A stretch of DNA of 63,975 bases, filler included, from Octopus bimaculoides (Eukaryota), in the NCBI RefSeq assembly GCF_001194135.2. It is 6 parts of 5 records of this genome, joined end to end, with 100 filler letters (N's around TTAATTAATTAA, not from the genome) between each part and the next. Parts side by side here need not be neighbours in the genome. Positions count along the whole stretch, not along the records: positions 37,150 to 55,925 come from NC_068983.1; positions 56,026 to 58,167 come from NW_026378204.1; positions 58,268 to 62,176 come from NC_068983.1; positions 62,277 to 63,975 come from NW_026325344.1; 2 more parts are not named here. One strand, written 5' to 3'. Positions within the stretch are counted from its first letter, which is position 1, and each line of letters starts with the position of its first letter. The translations under genes were made by a program, and so were the position numbers. The notes beneath the pieces were generated by a model that was given only the letters and a program-made list of their open reading frames with translations, was not told the origin of the DNA and made no database searches. Below are positions 53,082 to 63,975 of the stretch, in pieces.

Positions 53082-53308
53082 TTAATCCTTTAGTATTTAT
53101 ACCAGCCATATCCAACCAAAGTATCCTATCTGTTTTATGTTCAAGCTAGCTAGATCTAGCATCTCACACCTACTCTACATTTTCATTCTAAAAATAAACA
53201 ATTACAATATTGAAATGTTAAATAATAAGATATAATGCATGATTAATTCATACAATGCAAATAAATAAGCATTACATTTGATAAATTAATCTGAATGCTA
53301 AAGGTTAA
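53082..53308 (+). mobile_element. piggyBac-like MITE, copy 5
   Basis: TTAA-tcctttagtattt...ctgaatgctaaagg-TTAA; interior homologous to the other copies. Confidence 0.7.
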
Positions 53309-55149
53309 CATAATAAATTTTAACATAGTAAATTTTTGACTGCTACAACAAATCAATTTATGAACTATGTGAAATATTTAACCAGAAAATGCTGAAATTA
53401 ATATTTACCCTAATACTTAAATATTTAAGTGCACCTGAGTACTGTATACAAGTTCATTATTATTATAATCTAGAGCAAATGCAAAAGACAATAGCACAGA
53501 TATATAATTCCTTTGAATCCTCTTCTAAACTAACTTCTTCAAACACCTATATTTTATCTTTCTTTTATTTTGTGTAATGTCTTTTTGTAGATGGTGTAGA
53601 TTCCTTGACTATTTTTGTATCATCATCAACTTTTTTAGTGGAAGGTACACAGCCTTCTCTTTACAGAAATTTCATGTTTTTGTACTGTTAACCATACACT
53701 ACTCTTCAAAATCTTAAACCACTTTACACATTGTTTACACCTCATTGCTTGAAAACACCTTTGAAACGTCTTTTAAAGTTTTTACTTCTCATCTAGAGCA
53801 AATACAAAAGTCAGTACTCTAATGAAACATTTAAAACTTAACTGTTCCTGAAGAAATGAAAATGTGTCATTGAAGCATGTATTCTCTCCAACTCAGATTA
53901 TTGCATTTATTTTTATCTACTCTATCTACAGTACAGTTTGGTTGACTTGTCCATTTTGCCTTGTACAGTAGCTTTTTGGAAATGAGAAAATTATGTGTGC
54001 TTTCTGTCAAGTTAATTACTTTTGTCTAACTATAGTAACTATAGTTTGTAGTAAATATAATCTTACAGTTTATCAAAATTGATAGAAAATAATTAAAGCA
54101 TAATCCAGTAAAAACCGACTCTTAAAACTATTCACTTGGAAACATTTGTAATTTTTATTTACGAGTATACTAAAAATAATATATATTCACTTGGAGATTT
54201 CTTTTAATACTATATGCCATCTATAATTAACATTAAAAGTAGTTATATCGTAGATTTAATATTCATATGGTTCAGCTAAAAAGAACTAGTTTTTATCTAT
54301 ATCTTTACTATTAAGCTTTGTTTTAAAACATTTTCACATATAATTGCTACATGCAACAATATATTATTCTACATAATAGCCATGCTAATGTACCCAAAGC
54401 AATAGATTTTGTTCTTGTTTCTTTTATTGAGTTAAACAGTAGTTTCTAAAAATTCAAGGATTTGCATGCCTCCAAGAATAATCATTCTGATTGAATCAAT
54501 GTCAATTTTAAGCTAGGCTTACCAAAAAAAATGAAATGTGCTTTGTCTGATGGCAAAATCCACTTTCAGGGGGTTTCATCACATCTTTTCATTTGAAAAT
54601 GCACTAATTTAAAAAGTAAAACATGGCTAATGTTCATAATTTACTTGATCTCTTTGTTACAATTCATTATAATATAAGAATCAACATTTGTATTTTCAAA
54701 GACTGATCAGTTGGTAAATACAGTAGCACACTAGACAAAACACCTTACAATTCAGATTTCTTATGTTCAAGATTTATAACATAAGTACAAATAGTAATAC
54801 TTTTCTATTAGTAATATAATATTTATAATGTTATATAATTTAACATTCAATTAACTGTAATCTGTGAAAATTAATTTTGTGCATAGCCAAAAGAAATCAA
54901 TGCTAGTATTCACCATTTTTATAATAACAATACTCACAAATAACATACCTTAATCAATTACATTTTTGTTAGTTTTTCTCTAAGAATTTCGAAATTTGTT
55001 ATTATTAGTGTTAAAATTCTGGTAACTTTGCAATTTTCCAAGGAACTGTTTAGAGCTTCTGTAACTCTAATTGAAAATACTGCATTATTCAGTCATTGAT
55101 ACCAATAATGTTTATTACCTTAGTACTACATACATCTACTGATGCAATA

Positions 55150-55720
55150 CATGGGCACAACATCATGGATTTGACTAGGTGTTTCTTATATAAGTAACCC
55201 AACCTAGTCATATTTTTTACTGACCCAACCAAGTCATATCTTTACTGCCCTCCTCCTATCCTCTCTTTTAATCCATTGCTACCTAGATGCTTTCTCATTT
55301 GCCTATCCATTGTTCTTCATTACTATTCTATTTGTTCCTGTAATGCCCATGGTTCCATAACCTTTATTCAGGGAACAACTTGTGAACCTGTGACAGTCCT
55401 CTACCATCGCATGGTATTTATTCCTCTACCTTTCCTGTACTTTCTCCATCCTCTCCTCCCATGGAGTATTTAGTTCCAGTAGGATTAGCTGCTTTGTTGT
55501 CTCAAAAACCTATGTGATATTTGATCTCAACAAACTTTCAGCAATAGTTGCTTCTCTAGATCAATATCCATCACCCAACCACAAACTGTTAGAGTTCTTG
55601 AATCATTTGTTTGGCCACTTTCTCTCCTTAACAAAAGCTATCTTTCTGGCCATAGACATTTTTGCTGTTGCTGATCTCTTTGTTGATTGCCTCAGCAATG
55701 AACCGGAGAACCTGATCAAC
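55150..55720 (-). mobile_element. R2-superfamily (HERO-like) non-LTR retrotransposon, C-terminal restriction-like endonuclease relic
   Basis: Frameshifted peptides DQVLRFIAEAINKEIS, IAFVKE, WVMDIDLEKQL, TKQLILLELNTPWEERMEKVQER*RNKYHAMVEDC and MGITG...EKASR, in the order expected for this clade (LLELTVPWEERM motif). Confidence 0.7.
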
Positions 55721-55925
55721 TAGCACAAAGCTGCACCCAGTACACTCTGTAAAGTGATTGGTGTTAGGGAGGGCATCGAGCAGTAGAAATCATGCCAAAG
55801 CAAGCAATAGAGTTTGGCACAGTTCATCCTCTGATTTACCAGCTCTTGTCAAACCATCCAACTTATACCAGCATGGAAAATGGGTGTTAAATGATGATGA
55901 TGTATATATATATATATATATATAT

Positions 55926-56025
55926 NNNNNNNNNNNNNNNNNNNNNNNNNNNNNNNNNNNNNNNNNNNNTTAATTAATTAANNNNNNNNNNNNNNNNNNN
56001 NNNNNNNNNNNNNNNNNNNNNNNNN
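55926..56025. other. Artificial assembly linker (N44-TTAATTAATTAA-N44)
   Basis: Same 100-nt construct. Confidence 0.95.
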
Positions 56026-56299
56026 TTCCATCTGCAAATTATAAACATTGCGGCTATTACGTGACTCCGAACTTCCCGAAACAGCTGTTGAGTTGAGAAA
56101 TTATATATTCTCATCTTAGTATTCTGTATTTTTTAAGGTCTTCAAATCCATCCTGTTGATGACATCAGGTAGCCGAATACAAAGAACGGGCTTTGACTGG
56201 CATACTACAAAGTGTATACTCAAATTTAAAATTATTAATTTTCTGCGCGCACGTGTGTGTGTGTGTGTGAAGCCTAATTGCGTTCATCTGCATCACTCC

Positions 56300-56383
<84 letters not shown>

Positions 56384-56599
56384 GTATGTATATGTATGTA
56401 TATACAAATATATATTATTCAAGCCTGGTACCTAATTATAATTATTATAACTTTACCTAATTATAATTATTGTAAGTGCATACGTATTTTTGCCCACCCC
56501 AGTACAAATACTTTTTAAATATCTGAAATTATTATTTAAAGAATAAATAAACATTTTAAAAATATTCAAAATAGTTAAACCCTGGAAGGACTGACTGAC

Positions 56600-57660
56600 T
56601 AATGCCATTGCTGTTGTTGTTGGCGGCGGCGATGGTTGTGTTATCTCCTCAAACCAAATACTCCAGATACTATTACAACATCCAATAATGCAAACACCAC
56701 CACACCCCTTATTACTGCTGCCGAGCCGCCATTAAATGGTAACCTTGTAGTTGTCGTTGTTGTTGTTGTTGTTATAATTAATGATGTTGGCGGCGGCGGC
56801 TGTGGTGGTGATGTTGGTGGTGGTGGTGNNNNNNNNNNNNNNNNNNNNNNNNNNNNNNNNNNNNNNNNNNNNNNNNNNNNNNNNNNNNNNNNNNNNNNNN
56901 NNNNNNNNNNNNNNNNNNNNNNNNNNNNNNNNNNNNNNNNNNNNNNNNNNNNNNNNNNNNNNNNNNNNNNNNNNNNNNNNNNNNNNNNNNNNNNNNNNNN
57001 NNNNNNNNNNNNNNNNNNNNNNNNNNNNNNNNNNNNNNNNNNNNNNNNNNNNNNNNNNNNNNNNNNNNNNNNNNNNNNNNNNNNNNNNNNNNNNNNNNNN
57101 NNNNNNNNNNNNNNNNNNNNNNNNNNNNNNNNNNNNNNNNNNNNNNNNNNNNNNNNNNNNNNNNNNNNNNNNNNNNNNNNNNNNNNNNNNNNNNNNNNNN
57201 NNNNNNNNNNNNNNNNNNNNNATAATCTAGTTAATTATTATTATTTTTTTTTTCTAAAATTATAACCATTGCGACCACCACTGCCATGACCAGTTTTGTC
57301 ATAATCATTTCCACCATTTCCAACGATACACCACCGTGGCCACCACCACGCTGATCCCCGTGACCTCCCACTCCACCACCACCAACACCACCACCACCAC
57401 CACCACCACGAGGATCGCCGTAACCTCCCCACCGCCACCGAAGCCACAACCACCACTTCCACCAAACACCAAGACCATTTTCACCAGCATCTCTAAGGAG
57501 GTGACCACCACCGATACCAAGTCTACTATCAACAGCAACAACAGCAACAACAACAACAATTACGACAACGCCACTATCAAAACCACCACCGTCACCTCCA
57601 CCAAACTCAGTTCCACCATCGCTTTCATCACCACCATCTCCACTGTCACATCAAGACCAT
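56600..57660. repeat. Degenerate (ACC)n/(AAC)n/(GGT)n trinucleotide tract spanning a gap
   Basis: Direct reading; source of the Thr-rich and Gly/Val-rich ORFs. Confidence 0.9.
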
Positions 57661-57667
57661 TTTTACC

Positions 57668-57730
57668 CAGTGACATAGCTAATAGGGGAGCAAGGGGTGC
57701 GACTACCCCAGCCCCCGAGCACATTTTTCA
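57668..57730. mobile_element. hAT-like terminus
   Basis: CAGTGACATAGCTAATAGGGGAGCAAGGGG resembles the TIR of the 12332 element; partner end not found in this segment. Confidence 0.35.
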
Positions 57731-58167
57731 AAATTAATGCCTTTTCAACAATTTTAAAAAAACTCGTTAGTTCACTTGTGTGATAAAAGTCGAATCCCTT
57801 TATTTTCTTAATCGCATGGCCTTAGAAGGACTTTCTGGAGTCATTACTTTATTTGACTAACTTCCTGTGTATTTTGTATTGTCTTCTCAATCTCCTGTGA
57901 TGTGTTGGTGGCCGTTTACATCTGAAGAACCAAAACAAACCCTGACGTCATAATCTCTCGACCCTGGATGATCCCATGGAGTTTCATCTGTTTTGCTTCA
58001 TGTCTATACCAGTAATTGTAAGTTTTGTACCGAATGACATCGTTACTGAAGCATGAAATTATTGAATGTAGATCACAATTACACATGTTACAACTAATGA
58101 AATATTTCATGTAATATAAGAGAAATGAGTTATAAATTGCTTGGTGTGTGTCATGGCACCATTTCTA

Positions 58168-58267
58168 NNNNNNNNNNNNNNNNNNNNNNNNNNNNNNNNN
58201 NNNNNNNNNNNTTAATTAATTAANNNNNNNNNNNNNNNNNNNNNNNNNNNNNNNNNNNNNNNNNNNN
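58168..58267. other. Artificial assembly linker (N44-TTAATTAATTAA-N44)
   Basis: Same 100-nt construct. Confidence 0.95.
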
Positions 58268-59600
58268 TATATATATATATATATATATATTGCCATAATT
58301 TTGCTGGGTTAAGTCATTGGACTGCTTTTCTTCCATTGTATGGTACCGAATCGCATGGTTAATTCTATGTAGTTTGAGAAGTGACGCAATTGAACATATT
58401 GAATCACACAGGAAACCACCTTGTGTTACTTACATTTCACAGAAATACTAACAAAATACTTATGAATAAAGCAACTGTCATGTTTAGCATATTGGTCAAT
58501 GTAGTGCCTGAAATATATACGAATATGTCATGGCGGCAATGCCTGGCAGCATCGTGTTCCATATTGATCTCCGCTGAAGCAAAACTCACATACGATTAAT
58601 GAAAGCTGCGTATATTTCGGATGTGCTTTGGTTCTGTATGTATACGTGTGCGTGTGACTGTATGTTTGCGTGTATAGCATGTTGTGTGTATGATGTGTTT
58701 ATGTGTATGGTGCTTTCATGTGTCTGTGTATGTGAGCGTATGATCATATGTTTCTGCAGGATGAATCTCAAGTGAGTATCTAAAAGCATTTCCGATCGTT
58801 CTAATCCCAAAAGTAAATTACCCATAACACTAAGATGGCTTGCAGCTATAGCACACATACACACATCCGAACGCCATCAGAAGCGCGCGTACAAGCACAC
58901 ATATACTTACGCGGAAATGCACACACCACCCATCTCGAAGTAATATAATCTTCTCTTATGACATTAATGAAGACGAATCAGCCAAAGTGAAAAATATCAA
59001 TTATTATGGTTTTGCACAACATCATTATTTTGCCCAGCAGAATATTTAAGTTGTCATTCAATTACTTAGTGATTGTGAAACGCAGAATAATCGATATTAA
59101 TTATTCTAATCAACGAGTGATTAAATAAATTGAATCTAAACGTTTTGCGCTTTCCTTTGAATCTCTAGATTAATTTGTTGCTCTTCCTTTCCTTTCTCTT
59201 TTTTCTCTCACTTTGTTATGCTTCATTTTTGTTGTATTTATTAATTGCGATTCTATTCTTATTTTTCTTATTTTTTTATCATCCGATATTTTCATTTCCT
59301 ACCGTTTATACAGCTGCTTTTTTGTTCGTATTTATTATATTATACGAAGGAAAGTTTATACTATTGAAGAAGGAAATATTTTCAGACGGTATTAATTAAC
59401 TGATGTAGATTACACACATACACACACACGCAAACACACACAAACATACAAATATGTAGGTATATATGTGTGTGTGTGTGCGTGGGTGAGTTTTTATACA
59501 TATACATAATACACATGCGAATACGCGTAGATAGGTGTGGGGATGTATATCTATATTTCATATGTATAATTAATTATATATATACAGATAAATGTGTGTG

Positions 59601-59650
<50 letters not shown>

Positions 59651-59654
59651 TAAA

Positions 59655-59734
<80 letters not shown>

Positions 59735-60322
59735 CGTATGTATATATATGTACAGTGAAGAAGAGAGAGAAATACATAAAGAATATTACAAAGAAATATT
59801 AGAGTCAAATGAAACATGATCGGCAACATAAAACATGGAAGTAGCAGTAAACATTCACCCAAGTCGATGAGCGGTCCTTGGGTTGATGGCGCCCCGGCAA
59901 GCTGAACTTCAGCGTTTACAAGCTGACGGTCGTGGATATTTCCTTGTTTTGTCGCGCCCTCCATGGTACCCTAGGCGACTGCTCCAGTTACCAGTACCTT
60001 GAACTGGCCTTGTCGAAGATTAGATTCAGGAGGACGTTTCCCCAGAACAATGTAAATATACTGTGTACTTTGGTTTGTAGCATTTATATTAAATAGTGAT
60101 ATTTTGCGTGAAATATAGTTAATTATTGTTCTTGTTATTGGGTTTCACATAGAAAGTAGAGGGAAGATTGTATATCTATAAGTAGAACTTATGTAATTGG
60201 AAGAAGCAATTCTCCACGAGAGAAGAAAGTAAGAGGCTGTATGTATGTGTACATATGTGTGTGTGTCAATGTATATACATGTGTGCGTGTGTGTGTGTAA
60301 GCATATCTATACAAATAGATGC

Positions 60323-60368
<46 letters not shown>

Positions 60369-61089
60369 TTTTATATACATATATGTGTGTGTGTGTGTGT
60401 GTGTGTGAGTGTGTGCGTGCGTGTGTGTGTGTGTATGTGTGTGTGTTTGCTATACTCAATTTTGTCTGAATGAAATTTTGAAAGTGATTATTGTATAAAA
60501 TCTTTTTCGGGTATACATAGTATATTACTAGAATTAAATCCGTTATTTCTCCAATAAAACGTGATTCATTGCATGTGTCATTGACGCATATTAAATTAAA
60601 ATGTAGAACCTGAAATCAGCTGTATAATTTCCTTTTATATAATATGAGAATACAATCTATATTAAAACCTAATACCAGTGAATACTATTCAAAATTATAA
60701 GACATTATAAACACGAATCGAAGTCAAGTAAAAAGAAGAAGAATCCAATTTCCTGGTGCCGATCTATTTACTTACTGTTTCCTAAATAATGATGTTATCG
60801 TTTCGCCCTGGCATCCCCTTACACTTGAGTTTAGACAAATTGTCAGTTGTAAATATTCTTTCAAATTTTTTACTTGTAGTATCTTGTTATAATAAGTCGT
60901 TATTAAACTCAATTATGTTAAGTTGTATTACTTAAGTCCAACAAAGCACGTTTCGCAATTCACAGGTGTCCGTATGGCTGATGAATTAACTCTTTTAATC
61001 AAATCGTGAATAAAAGGGACCCAATCAATTTCAATCGGATATAAAATTTTATCGGATGGAAGTAACATTATATATATATATATATATTG

Positions 61090-61128
<39 letters not shown>

Positions 61129-61603
61129 CAATGAGAAGGACACACGAATGCGTCTGCCTGCTAGAGATAAGAGTTAAAACCCTCGTTCAAACCATCGAAA
61201 ATAACACTGAAAATAATAACACAATCTACAGGCGAACCGATCGAAAAGAATATTTCACATACCTATATAGCATAAAGCTATATATTTCTAGGTATAAGGA
61301 TACACGTGGACCGGTTTCTGGTTTGATATAACAATAATACCATTATTAGCACATATCAACCATTTGAAACATCTTCGCAGCCCACTACGTTGAAGTCTGC
61401 TGGCGTGGTGAATTGTTTTACGCCAACAAAAGGACTACCTCAGTGTGAAAAATACCAGTCAGGGCCAAATATTCAGCAGGGTATGTTTATATAGATATTA
61501 ATATTGCTATTATTAACGAAGGCAATATAAATAGTTGATAATAACAGTAACATTAATATATATATATATGATTTATATATCATCCTTGATCATCGACTAC
61601 ATA

Positions 61604-61667
<64 letters not shown>

Positions 61668-62176
61668 GAGACAGAGAGAGACAGAGACAGAGAGAGACAA
61701 AGAGAGAGAGAAATAGAAACATCATGAATGTTCCGGGCTTAAGCCCTTCATTAAAATCATAGGCCAAGATACACACACACACATACACAGATGCACACAC
61801 TCATTGACACACAAATATATATGTATATATATATATATATGTGTGTGTGTGGTATGTGTAAGTTTGTATGTGCGTGTGTTTGTGCGTATTTTCTTTATCG
61901 TGATTTATTAGGGAACGTGTAGTCACGGCTGACCCCTTGGCAAACAGGACACAGTAGTGTGTCGATAAGCCAGCTGGAGGAGATGTCCTCCTGGGGCTAA
62001 AAGCAACAGTAACATCCACCCCTAGGGGTCAGCCACACTTAAGTGGCAATATACTACACTTTATCGTGCAGTTACTGTTAATACTTCATTTAGAGAATTA
62101 ACATTGCTTGTTTTCACCTTTTCGATATCAGTGAAGAATTTCAATGGAAAAGTAGATATAAGATTGCCAGGATTTT

Positions 62177-62276
62177 NNNNNNNNNNNNNNNNNNNNNNNN
62201 NNNNNNNNNNNNNNNNNNNNTTAATTAATTAANNNNNNNNNNNNNNNNNNNNNNNNNNNNNNNNNNNNNNNNNNNN
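62177..62276. other. Artificial assembly linker (N44-TTAATTAATTAA-N44)
   Basis: Same 100-nt construct. Confidence 0.95.
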
Positions 62277-62554
62277 AAAAAAAAAAAAATAAAACATAAG
62301 CTACAAATACTAACAATACCAGATAAAATTAAATAGCAGAAATAAAGATGGCGATTGAGATACAGTAAGATCTATTGCGTTAGTTGTCACTCCTGTTTTT
62401 AATCTAGAAAATATTTAAAACCTAAGAATTGAAGAATTCTATTTATTTATTTATTTATTTTATGCACGATTCCAGTGTAAAACGAAAACAGAATGTAACC
62501 AATTTGCTTTGTTGCATTCATTGTTCATATTCTTAGTATTATCTCATTAAATAA

Positions 62555-63029
62555 GGCATTGAGCTGACAGAATCGTTACTACACCGGACTAAAACGCTTA
62601 GCGGCATTTTTTTCCGACTTTAAGTCCTGAATTCAAATGCCGCCGAGGTCCACTTTACCTTTCATACTGTCGGGGTTCGATAAAATAAGTACCAGTTGAT
62701 CACTGGGGGGGGGGGTCGATGCAATCGACTTGGTCCCTCCCCAGTACTTGCTGGCCGTGTGCCAAAATTTGAAACCAATGCGACGAGCTGGCGGAATCGT
62801 TAGCAACACCGAACAAAAAGCTTAGCGGCATTTTGTCCGCTTTTACGATTCTTAGTTCAAATTTCACCGAGATCGACTTTAACTTTCATCCTTTCGGAGT
62901 CGATAAATCAAGTACCAGCTGAGTGCTGTGATCGACTGCCCGACTCCTACAAAAAATTTCAGGCTTTCTACTCATAGAAGAAAGGATTATTCCATTAAAC
63001 ATAGCAGTGAGCTGGCAGAATCATTAGAG
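62555..63029 (+). mobile_element. Tandem stack of SINE family B copies
   Basis: Two complete copies (about 62555-62779 and 62780-62990) and a third head (63005-63029) cut by the hAT terminus. Confidence 0.8.
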
Positions 63030-63115
63030 CAGTGGTTCTCAACCAGGACCCATATAGCCCCTGAGGGTCCATAATAAGATTTTTGAGGGTCCGTGCAACA
63101 AAATAGTAAATTGCA
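63030..63115 (+). mobile_element. hAT-type MITE 5' terminus
   Basis: CAGTGGTTCTCAACC preceded by CATTAGAG (nnnTAnnn); interrupts a SINE head. Confidence 0.55.
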
Positions 63116-63160
63116 TTCTCTCAACCCTCAATTTAAACCAGCCATATCCAGCCTCACTAG

Positions 63161-63544
63161 TGGAGGCGCAATGGCTCAGTGGTTAGGGCAGCGGACTCAA
63201 GTTATAGGATCGCGGTTTCGATTCCCAGACCGGGCGTTGTGAGTGTTTATTGAGCGAAAACACCTAAAGCTCAACGAGGCTCCGGCAGGGGATGGTGGCG
63301 AACCCTGCTGTACTCTTTCACCACAACTTTCTCTCACTCTTACTTCCTGTTTCTGTTGTGCCTGTAATTCAAAGGGTCAGCCTTGTCACACTGTGTCACG
63401 CTGAATATCCCCGAGAACTACGTTAAGGGTACACGTGTCTGTGGAGTGCTGAGCCACTTGCACGTTAATTTCACGGGCAGGCTGTTCCGTTGATCGGATC
63501 AACTGGAACCCTCGACGTCGTAAGCGACGGAGTGCCAACAACAA
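63161..63544 (+). mobile_element. tRNA-derived SINE family A, full-length copy
   Basis: Head GGCGCAATGGCTCAGTGGTTAGGGCAGCGGACTC...GGTTTCGATTCC (A and B boxes); (AAC)n tail. Confidence 0.85.
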
Positions 63545-63975
63545 GTAGATGGATAAAACAAACTACCAGGAGGTTAATATAGTCGATTCACCCTCTTCCT
63601 TAGAATTTGCTGTCCCTGAGACTAGATTTGAAACAATTATACCACAAGATGTTAATTTTAATTTTACCCAGCTGAATTCAGGTTGAATTTATCGAAGCAG
63701 CCGGTAGTATAGAGCAGTAAGCTACAAGAACTCGGCAGTGGAGTATGGGTTCAAATCATACACGTTACTAATATCTATTATTCTCGTGCGATCTTTAGTA
63801 TATCTCCACCATAATTGCTAAGCTCATACTGGTGCCATCTTGCATACGAAATGTTTTATATTGACAAGTTATTATTATTTTTTTCATTTGAAAAGAGTAA
63901 ACACGTATTCGACATTCAGTAACAGGTTAAACAACAATAAATATGATTTCATTATAGACAAACGCATACGCTACA

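Noticed and set aside
56060-56097. GACTC...GAAACAGCTGTT-GAGTT, a possible hammerhead 3' half (similar trace at 20562)
   Set aside because: No CUGANGA box or stem II upstream.
57336-57737. Thr-rich mucin-like ORF
   Set aside because: Translation of a degenerate (ACC)n tract that runs into a transposon terminus; no splice or domain support.
61715-61760. Minus-strand TTAATGA-A-GGGC/TTAA/GCCC-GGAAC motif
   Set aside because: Stem II is perfect, but there are three or more core substitutions and no stem I.
63161-63240. tRNA gene
   Set aside because: It has A/B boxes but no closed acceptor stem, and continues into a multi-copy SINE body.

Overview
Eukaryotic, AT-rich, microsatellite- and repeat-saturated genomic DNA. 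The repeat landscape (tRNA-derived SINE families, (TACA)n/(TA)n/(CA)n arrays, mariner/hAT/Helitron relics) is consistent with an octopod cephalopod draft assembly; this is inference, no search was run. Five identical artificial 100-nt linkers (N44-TTAATTAATTAA-N44) split the window into six probably independent pieces, so adjacency across them is not biological evidence. Almost all long ORFs in the supplied track are microsatellite or N-gap artefacts. Coding content found by reading splice sites: (i) the last two exons of a divergent calmodulin paralogue on the minus strand (36300-36058, 35304-35276), cut off at a linker; (ii) a phase-compatible chain of five small plus-strand exons (2229-10415) of an unidentified gene that the ORF track largely misses. 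Mobile DNA: two mariners plus a deletion derivative, a Buster-type hAT relic, Helitron relics (one nested in a piggyBac-like MITE), a HERO/R2-superfamily non-LTR relic, other LINE relics and many SINEs. The main hidden signal is a set of at least eight minimal type I hammerhead-ribozyme-like motifs with unrelated stem sequences but a shared architecture, mostly with a palindromic stem III. Three have intact catalytic cores (19947-19989, 27197-27239, 31925-31970, all minus strand), and one of these sits inside a larger highly structured element.
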